A DNA stretch of 62,181 bases, filler included, from Choristocarpus tenellus KU-1152 (lineage: Eukaryota > Protista > Phaeophyceae): assembly GCA_964200185.2 (NCBI GenBank). It is 9 parts of 9 records of this genome, joined end to end, with 100 filler letters (N's around TTAATTAATTAA, not from the genome) between each part and the next. Parts side by side here need not be neighbours in the genome. Positions count along the whole stretch, not along the records: positions 50,477 to 56,211 come from CAXNAD020009881.1; positions 56,312 to 59,387 come from CAXNAD020022497.1; positions 59,488 to 62,181 come from CAXNAD020025595.1; 6 more parts are not named here. One strand, given 5' to 3'. How positions within the stretch are numbered: position 1 is the stretch's first letter; every line of letters begins with the position of its first letter. Both the position numbers and the translations under genes were made by a program. Below, piece after piece: positions 53,847-62,181 of this stretch. The notes beneath the pieces are model-generated. The model saw only the letters and a list, made by a program, of their open reading frames with translations. It did not search any database and was not told the origin of the DNA.

Positions 53847-54144
53847 TGCACTCTTTCCCTCTTAGTTCGTTGTGAGTTCAATCTGATTAATCAACTCTGT
53901 ACATGGAATTGTCAAAATATCATCGATAAAACGCGACAAGAAAAGATACACTATTTTGTAATACTCCAAATATTTATGGCGTTGTCCTCTAGCATTTCGA
54001 CGTATATAAAGGATATATCATACCTCCAATACTCTCCCTACCACTCCCTCCACGCAAGGGTTAACCTGGGAAACAAGTTGCCCTGTGGAAGGTGTTGCCT
54101 TCCCCCTGTACTCTGGGCAAGGGGTTACCACTGTACAGTGCCCA

Positions 54145-54335
54145 AGGGGTTTTTTGTGGCATTTTCCTACTCCAAAACATTTTGGAGTAGGTAAAATATA
54201 TTATACGTTATGAAAAGTTGTGCCCGGAACAAGGACATTGACATCTCAAGATGATAGCCAAAATTACGTCAAAATCGCAACATTGGATTTGGCCCCCAAA
54301 TGGACGTGGCCCTACCCTCTAAGATACTTTGGCTC
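54145..54335 (+). mobile_element. MITE family A, 5'-truncated copy
   Basis: Ends CCTACCCTCTAAGATACTTTGGCTC. Confidence 0.8.
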
Positions 54336-54501
54336 ATGCGCAAAATGAAATTCACTATCAAAAGAAAAAATGCAAGAAACAAGAAACGCCACCCGAAGGT
54401 GATGGGAAAATTCAAACCATCTTCACCACGGTTAGTGACCGCCCCGTGACAAAAGAGCAGTCTGCCGTGGCCTATGTTAGCTTCCGTCTATTTCGACCCT
54501 T

Positions 54502-54681
54502 GGCTTAAAGTATCTGGGGGGTTGGTGGTGGCTGTCCACTTATGGCCAATCTTTTCATGTCGCAATTTTTGGGTGATTTGGTTGCATACATCGGATGGAT
54601 AATGTAAGGACACTTTTCCCGGTTATGGTCCAAATGGGCACCCTGGTGTAGACCCCACCCCCACCCCAGATACTTTGGATC
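54502..54681 (+). mobile_element. MITE family B, full copy, CTT TSD
   Basis: GGCTTAAAGTATCTGGGG / CCCCAGATACTTTGGATC, with CTT on both sides. The interior is colinear with 30397-30570. Another 5' fragment lies at ~54869. Confidence 0.85.
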
Positions 54682-55310
54682 CTTCTCTGGACATTCCTCA
54701 GTAGATTGAGCGATGGAGGTAGATCTTTGTCCGAATGATGTCGACTTCTATCACTCGCCCTGTCCGTGGCTAAAGCAAGCGGGGTTCAAAGCACAGGCTG
54801 GGCAACAGATGTGACTGGTCGAATGGGTTTTGATGCATTGCTTTTTGGAATGAACGAGGTCCATATTTGGCTCGAAGTATCTGGGGGGGGGGCAGCTGTC
54901 CATTTGGGGTCCATTTTTGTGCAAAATAGGACAATAGTGAGGTGTACCTTATTTGTGTATTTGAGATTATTGTGTTGAAATTAAATCGATGTGATGTAAC
55001 TAATGAGACAGTACATCCGGATTATATATGGACTTATGTATGGGTATTCATTCCCTTTTCGCTACTTTGAAATAGGTAACGAAACAAATATAATAATAAA
55101 CAAACAATGAGAAGACACCCCACGAAGGTCACTCTTCTAATTTCAACCATGTAATCACATTCAGCAAAGGGGGTCGTGTGAGGCTTCACACCTTCTTGTC
55201 TTTCACTACACACAAATAGCATTACCTCCCAAGGTAAATTTGCACAGGTTACGAGCCTAAGTAGTATGGAGAAAAGGAGCAGGTGATGGGCCCGAACGAC
55301 ATGAAGAATT

Positions 55311-55567
55311 GAGTTAAAGTGTCTTAGAGGGTACGAGTTTTGACCTGTTTGTCCATTTGGCGCTTGGCTTCCCATTTTTTTTAAAAGCCAAATTCCTACT
55401 CCAAAATGTTTTGGAGTAGGTAAAATGTACATGTTATGGAGAGGTGTGTCCGGGACAAGGATATTGACACTTCCTAACAAACACGATAGCCATAATTTCA
55501 TCAAATTGGCAACATTGGATTTTGGCTCCAAATGGACGCGGCCCTACCCTCTAAGATACTTTGGCTC
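55311..55567 (+). mobile_element. MITE family A, full copy, ATT TSD
   Basis: GAGTTAAAGTGTCTTAGAGGGTA / TACCCTCTAAGATACTTTGGCTC; ATT at 55308-55310 and 55568-55570. Confidence 0.88.
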
Positions 55568-56211
55568 ATTTACCCAACTGAACTGGAGCACCGGCACGAT
55601 CAGTGGAAACTTGGACAACATGGAGATTATATCTGGTGGTTTATGCCAGCGAAAGGGTCTACAAGACATTGTGCGTCGAAAATACGTCATCCTGAACTAA
55701 CGGAGACACTAACGGAACAGGAACGAATATTGCACTGAAACTACGAAAGAGAGGAATCAACGAAGGATGCACGGAGGACTAGATCCCTGTACAGCTCAAC
55801 AGAGGACGTGCGGAGGGCGAGATCCCCGAGCAGCTCATCACAAGACCCGATATAAGCTACAGGAAGCTGAAACGGGCAATAGTACCATAATCGTCATCCC
55901 AACAAAGTGGACCTGCACCTTCGACACAAATGGGAAGCTGGAGGCTAAGGAGACATGGGATATGGTACAATCAATGACGAGCAAGAACTGGAGGTCAAGG
56001 GAAATACTTTGGGTACCTGGTATGCCATGCCGAATATTGAGCAGTGGGACCCTGGGACAAGATGACGGAGTTAATCAAGGCAATGCAGCCGGAGCTGCAA
56101 TCCTGAGCGTGAGCCTGTGTCACCAAACTGGCCTTGAACTGTTCAGTGATCCCCTCAGCTGTTGGCTTTATCATAAATTCAGAATTAGTCTTGACAGGAT
56201 TTCTTCCCCAT

Positions 56212-56311
56212 NNNNNNNNNNNNNNNNNNNNNNNNNNNNNNNNNNNNNNNNNNNNTTAATTAATTAANNNNNNNNNNNNNNNNNNNNNNNNNNNNNNNNN
56301 NNNNNNNNNNN
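56212..56311. other. Artificial contig spacer
   Basis: N44-TTAATTAATTAA-N44. Confidence 0.98.
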
Positions 56312-56830
56312 CCCACCCTCCCAGATACTTTGGGTCAATCATATTCTAAATTCATGAAGAATCACGACACTCAACTTGCGACGACCAGTATTTGAGGGCA
56401 TAAAAGATCGAAGCCCTTTAGACCAGAGAATAGAGGAAGGCATGCCTGCCCAACCTAATGTATTTCGTTTATTAAAATTGCGTCAATAACAACATTGCCT
56501 GGCAAATTTGCACTGAAAAAACTCTTCCTTACACACCGGTAATTCCTCTAAAAATACCTACAGGAGTATATACATGGGGTAAAGAGCAGGATTCATATAC
56601 CTCCTCGCAAACCCCACTGAAACCGTCTTGTAACAAGGTTAGCACTACACAATGGAGGCCAGCTGCAAGCAGAAGCCATACTATGCTGACATATACGCTA
56701 AACCTATTTAAGCCACACACACACAAATACAGGTAAAACAAACGTGATCAACACATATTATCCAGCGAAAAAACTATATCTGATCTAGCAGAGTCATCAC
56801 AACCTTTCTAGACCGCATCACACGATACGC

Positions 56831-58075
56831 CTACAGATGACCCTCGTCCCCTTCCCTATCTGGGTTTTCCCGATTGATGGCTCCGATGACAGGAAGCTTG
56901 TTCGGGAACACTCCTAGCGCTGATGATACCAATGAGTACGCTACTGCTGCAAACACCATAATAAATATTATATCAGATCCCGCCTGCCCGAGGGGTGCTA
57001 GTTTGAAAGCATCTTTACCTGCTAATGCTGCGGTTAAAGCGCCTAGGATGCCTGGGAGAATCAACGCAATGTCCAAGTTGATGGCCTGGCGCAAGTTGAA
57101 GCGGACCAACTTGTTTACCTTTGCGTTGTTGGACGCCACCTGGACGCCAAAAAAGGCTGCAAGACCAGAAAAAGGGATCGACCGGTACGCTGTAAGAAGA
57201 ATCAACAACGGTTGTGCCCATACCAACTGATCGGGGTAGCTGTTGAAGAGATGCCCTCCGTAGGACATCACGTCCATGATGGGGAGTAGGTAAGGGAGTG
57301 CACACAAGGCCTTATCTTTAGCGGTCGCAGGTCCATCGTTTTTGCCGTCAATCTCCAAGGCAATCTCGCCCCCGTTTCGCTCAGCCACCTTCCGATCTCG
57401 CTCTGCAGACCTAGCCTCCCTTTCCTCCTCATCTTGCTTCCTAAAGATATTTTCGAGATGGTTGCGTAGCTCGTCAGATGGCGCGAACTCATCCACCTGG
57501 AGAACACCATCACCGTTCCTGTCGTAAGCCTCGATAAGAGCCAGTCCTGCCTTGTCTGTCAGCAGGGAACCTCCAGGTATCTCAGCAATCCTGGCATCGA
57601 TCTCCTCTGACGTGAGCTTGCGCCCCAAACGTCTGGTAAGCTGACTGACGAAATTACGCCGAAGGGTGGACTCGAGCCCTGCACGCAGCTCAGGGAGGTC
57701 TACATGTCCATCATTGTTGGTGTCGAAGAGAGCAAACGTTCTCTCTGCATCCTCCCGTCGTTCCTTGGCGGCCTTGGCCTCGAGTTCAACGGCTTGCTTA
57801 CGAAGCTCAGCAGCGGCGGCACGTAGCTTTCCTGCCTCATCCATTATCGTCTCGCTAACCATGCGTATCCCATGGGTTGCAGGCCGAGCGGGGGCACGCG
57901 CGCTATTGACCGAGGAAGTGGTCAACAGGGTACGCGGTGAAAGTTGGGAGGCGGAATTTCTAGGCCTTGATGGGATCGCAAGCCGCCCTCCTGGTGTCAC
58001 GAAGGCTCCAGCGATTGCCAACACCGCAAGCAGGCAGACTAGCTTCATTTCAGTCATCGTTACTCCTCTCTTCAT
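56831..58075 (-). CDS. TIC20: Plastid-targeted Tic20-family protein with two EF-hands (intronless, up to 414 aa)
   Basis: Signal peptide MKLVCLLAVLAIAGA-FVTP (ASAFAP-like) plus an S/R/A-rich transit peptide. EF loops DTNNDGHVDLPE and DRNGDGVLQVDE. C-terminal Tic20 motifs DKALCALPYLLPIMD...YG and NKLVRFNLRQAINLDIALILPG, with ~4 TM helices. Confidence 0.88.
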   Translation of the reverse strand: MKRGVTMTEMKLVCLLAVLAIAGAFVTPGGRLAIPSRPRNSASQLSPRTLLTTSSVNSARAPARPATHGIRMVSETIMDEAGKLRAAAAELRKQAVELEAKAAKERREDAERTFALFDTNNDGHVDLPELRAGLESTLRRNFVSQLTRRLGRKLTSEEIDARIAEIPGGSLLTDKAGLALIEAYDRNGDGVLQVDEFAPSDELRNHLENIFRKQDEEEREARSAERDRKVAERNGGEIALEIDGKNDGPATAKDKALCALPYLLPIMDVMSYGGHLFNSYPDQLVWAQPLLILLTAYRSIPFSGLAAFFGVQVASNNAKVNKLVRFNLRQAINLDIALILPGILGALTAALAGKDAFKLAPLGQAGSDIIFIMVFAAVAYSLVSSALGVFPNKLPVIGAINRENPDREGDEGHL

Positions 58076-59213
58076 AGGACGTGGGTGCAGAATAGGATGG
58101 TGTGGACTATCTTTAGTTCTAGTAGCTGATTGTGGACGTTGTGTGGGGGGTGCAATGCAACTTGGATCCCACCTACCATGTGTGAGGTGTTCTCTGTTCT
58201 TTTGTCAGATTGGATCTGAGGTGGTGTGAAAAATCTCTTGACAAATCAAATATTAATGTGAATGCCACTATTACATGCGATGTACATAAATATATATATA
58301 TATATATATATATGACAGCAAGAATAATGATTTTATATATCCAAAAGTGGTAGTAAAACCTAAATATAGTACTAAAACATACTAAACATACTAATTGAAC
58401 ATTTCCAGAAAATTCAATATTCAATACCAAATATCTCATATGACTTATCCAGCTCTTGCCTGTGAATGACGTGGATGGTGAATCAGACTATAACAGAACT
58501 ATTATCCAATAGCTAAGATCAAAAGTATATTCAACTTCAACCTTCCTCAATCATTCACTCCATACCAACCTGTTCTTTTCATACCTACTCTACTTTATTT
58601 TATTATTATGTCCTCTGACATTTTCCAGAAGAAGAGTCAGGTGGGAAACCAATGAAAACTATACACATTGTCAGTTTAAGCCCTAAGGAAATAAAATGTC
58701 ATCAATGTGAAAGACACTTTTCTATTTACCTCACAGTCTATGTTGTACTACTGCCTTCCTGTGTCTCCAATCTACCTATACCTGTACCCCAGGGGGAAGA
58801 GCTAGGGAGGCCTCCGAAGAATCCATTAAACCCTCCGTGCCCATCTCCCTAGTGATTCCAGCTTAAAACGCATGGCACGTCTAGACAGTGCCACTTGCGT
58901 AGTTACGGAGACACTACTACTTATTGTTTCCCTAAGAAGGGAGTGTTAAACCCACACAGACAATCGACATCGATGTGCGCCACCAATCTAAATTTAGTGG
59001 TTCTGTTTTCCATTAATAAACGGAAATAGTAATACTGGTGCTACCACGACAGGGTGGTTTGCCCCAACGAAAAAATTAGGGTTAGGATTAGGGATAGCGA
59101 TTTTTTGTTGTTGTTGGACGGTGTTACCCACAGTCGAAGTCAAGGCAAGGAGTACAGAGTGTGAATTTCCCAACTCAAAATATACTTGGTGTTAGCAGCA
59201 GATTTCAAAAATT

Positions 59214-59380
59214 GAGGGAGCTTTTCATTGAGGATGGGCTTGACCCAAAATTGACTGGGAGAAAGAATCGATATGTTTTTTATTGTATGAATGATAATAA
59301 TAACATCACAAAAAAAAACATATCGACACTTTCTCCCAGTCAATTTTGGGCCAAGCCCATCCTCAATGAAAAGCTCCTTC
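59214..59380. mobile_element. Near-perfect palindrome (~70-bp arms, AT-rich loop), hairpin MITE-like
   Basis: GGAGCTTTTCATTGAGGATGGGCTTGACCCAAAATTGACTGGGAGAAAG..TCGATATGTTTTT is mirrored at ~59312-59377. Confidence 0.88.
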
Positions 59381-59387
59381 CTCTATT

Positions 59388-59487
59388 NNNNNNNNNNNNN
59401 NNNNNNNNNNNNNNNNNNNNNNNNNNNNNNNTTAATTAATTAANNNNNNNNNNNNNNNNNNNNNNNNNNNNNNNNNNNNNNNNNNNN
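59388..59487. other. Artificial contig spacer
   Basis: N44-TTAATTAATTAA-N44. Confidence 0.98.
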
Positions 59488-60619
59488 GTGCGTTAGCCTG
59501 TGAATTGGATTTGACTTGTACATCCTGGAAAGGTGAGCATTGAGGGGCGCCTGTAACATAAGTTCTTGAGTTTAAGGTGTTTCATGATCAATTAGATCGC
59601 CCAGGGGATGTGGATGGAGTGAAGCGGGTCTATATTCTATTCTTATCCGTTTCTGGTTCATCCTCACAAGGGTTGCAGTAGTGAGGGCGAAGCCCAAACT
59701 TTCCCAATCCCAATCTACGTTAGACTTTGGCGATAACTCGGACTTGAGTAGATATATAGTAGTTGATGTTGAACCTCCTGTCCTTGAACTCATCATCTTT
59801 GGTGAACACCTGATGGCGGGTCTGGTCTGGGTTACGTGCAAGGCTGTTGCGACACTGTCCTCTTGTTCAAGCGGATTACCAAAGATGGCTTTGCTCTTTT
59901 GTCCGGACTCAGGATCCATAATAGTTGGGATATTGGATGATCCTTTCTCTCAACCTGCGCTTCCCTGAGGTTACCTTGTTCCCACGAGTCTTATCGTCTT
60001 TCTGACCACATTTAATAACCTTTTGAGTTGGTTGCGCTCCCTTCTTGTTCACCATTTTAGCGTGACCCTACATATCTGGTGACCCTCCAACATAAACTGG
60101 CGCGGGTACCACTGGGCGCGGCCAAGTTCTGTGCGATAGAGGGTGATGGGAACCACCAAAGATGAGGTTCAGGAAGGAAGTGGGAGATGGGGCTGAGGCA
60201 CCCTACACGAGGGTTGAGACCTTCAGAGAACAATGTTTTGCGACCCACTCTGATTGTAAAATCCATGGATTTGCTGGTTGGAAATCACCGATCATGTGGA
60301 GTGTCACCTGAGATGGTTGTGTTTATGGCCCACACAACATCACCTTGATTCGCCTCAACAGGAAAGGGTAGCATGAATATTGGGTATCACTATAGTGTAC
60401 GTTGTCTCGTATCAATAACGTGCTGTACATCATAAAATGGGATACACCCTGAATTATCCCTGAAAGGTAACAGATGCCGTAAATGTGAAAGATATCGCTC
60501 TAAAATCTATTTACTATTTGGATACCAACTATAGCACAAACGCTTGCTTAAAACTTGGAGAGTACAATGTTGTGTGTACATTACAGCTGTGCCTCTAACC
60601 TACCTTCGCCCTACACAAC

Positions 60620-62181
60620 TGAGCGACGAGGTAGGGAAGCACCCCAAGAATCTGACAGGCCCCTCCTTGCCCATTAACTGGTGTCTCCAGATTGAAGCAT
60701 GACACATCTGGAGAGACCCACTTGGGTAATGACAGAAACTATCCGTCGCAGAAGACCTTTGTCCCTGCATGGAACACCAGATCCATGCCGAGGTTCCTGT
60801 CCACTGTGAAAGGGCTGCCGTCCTTCATAGTGCAAGGAATGCCCATCCCCTTTCATAGTTGGCGTAGACGTTTCACCATTGGAGTGTACTGTCGTACCTG
60901 TCCCCCTGCCCTGGGGAAGGTACGGTCATGTCTGGTATCAACATTTTTCTTCCTGCACCCTGCCACTGGACACCTGTTGGATAGGGCCTCCTCCCTCCGT
61001 AGGGATCTGCTGTCTGTGAGCTTGAATTCCAGAGGGGAGACCTGGCATGCTGGTTCCAGAGGTCGAGTTGAGGCCCATGCGTTTGCCCCTTGTCCACACT
61101 GGCCCCGGTGGCACGCTAGGGCCAATGAGGAGCTTTCCCTCCCTTGGTGTGCCTCATTTGGAAGGTTGGCCAGTTGTGTCCTGAAGGAGTCAAAACGGAT
61201 CTCGTTCTGGAGGCGTGTGACCTCGTGTTGAGCCCTCCTTGTGATCCTGGCGTCATGGGGAGCTAGGATATGTACCTCTGGGGTAGGTGTAGGGGATGTT
61301 GTTCCCCCTCAAGTTACCCAGTCTTGGCCAATGATTTCTGCAAGGTCTTCTAGTGGGACACCTTTGACTAGGAGGGAGTGAATGGATGTTCCTAAGGCCA
61401 GTACTGTGGGGCTCGTGTAGACAGCTTGTGGGAAGGACTCTCCATGAGGCCCTTGCTGCCTTGCGAGGAGAGTGGGGAAAGTAGCCGCCAGTGATCCTAC
61501 GAAAGCCGCATGTTGGCGTTGTTTCATAGAGGAGAGGCCCAGACCCCCCGCACTTGTAGGCATTTGTGCCTGTACTTAATGGTGGGTCTCTAGGCGGAGA
61601 GACTCATCGTTGCACCCTCCCTCAAAGAAGTCTGTGTCTTCTGTTGAGTCTTCCACCTCCATTATCCTCTCTAGTGTCCATAGTGAGGTGTTGTCTGCTT
61701 GCTCCGTGGTGGAGTGTGCCAGGAGGGGGGAAGTGACCCTCACTGGATAGCTTAGCTGGGAGGAGAGGGACCAGGAGTAGAGGAGCCAGGCCACCTGCTT
61801 ATCCTCCATCTCGTTGAGGTGTGTAACCAAAGCTCTTGTCCTAGAGCTCTCGATCACATCAACCATGTGAGCTTGATTGAAATCATCTGTTCCCACCGGA
61901 GCCCCTAAAGTGACAAAACCATTAGGGTTCGGGGCTAGGTTGATTCCCGCTCTAGAGAGAAGCTCCAGTTCCGAGGGCATGGGTTGGTGGCCCTGGGAAG
62001 GTGCGGCAAAGGTCTTGTCCATATTGAGGTCAATGCCTACCTCATGGAGGTTATTTTTTAACTGCTCGAAAACAGCTATGGTGCTAGGGCCTATCTCTCT
62101 AGCTGATATGGATGTGTCGTCCAGGTAGCTTCGGGAGGATATCCCTTGGGGTCCAAAGACATATTGGACCTGCTGCCAGGA
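60620..62181 (-). mobile_element. CRE-like (RT + restriction-like endonuclease) non-LTR retrotransposon, decayed 3' half
   Basis: SYLDDTS (~62110-62131), GFVTLGAPVGTDDF, MPTSAGGLGL, AAFVGS, GANAW, Cys motif CPVAGC...TRH, then GIPC...GSPF...MDLV (RLE-like). Interrupted by stops and frameshifts; continues beyond the window. Confidence 0.8.

Noticed and set aside
55570-56211. 166-aa ORF running into the spacer
   Set aside because: No recognisable motif; probably a TE fragment but cannot be supported.
59488-60300. Possible gag-like relic on the minus strand
   Set aside because: Only a vague FSEGLNP similarity; insufficient evidence.

Overview
Eukaryotic, intron-rich and TE-littered DNA from a photosynthetic stramenopile (ochrophyte, probably a brown alga or close relative). 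This is inferred from a bipartite ASAFAP-type plastid targeting peptide, TTAGGG repeats and phaeophyte-type RTE LINE motifs. The window is not one locus: it is nine contigs joined by an artificial 100-bp spacer (N44-TTAATTAATTAA-N44), so adjacency across spacers is meaningless. Hand-splicing recovers partial UBA2/SAE2 (+, 5 exons), partial CEP76 (+, 9 exons, two probable GC-AG introns), the last exon of a Tubby-like gene, a 2-exon coiled-coil orphan, a complete 7-exon DNAJC25-like gene (-), the 5' part of a VPS9/Rabex-5-like GEF (-), and an intronless plastid-targeted EF-hand + Tic20 gene (-). Mobile DNA includes a full-length decayed Stowaway-TIR mariner sitting in a ~120-bp satellite, two MITE families with a shared TIR core and 3-bp TSDs, foldback elements, copia, gypsy, RTE and CRE-like relics, a probable piggyBac relic and a degenerate tRNA-Asn. 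I do not see a clear-cut new multi-gene system. The best leads are the EF-hand-Tic20 fusion, a strong mosaic CpG-depletion signature and tandem GC-AG introns. All protein family assignments are from remembered motifs, not database searches.
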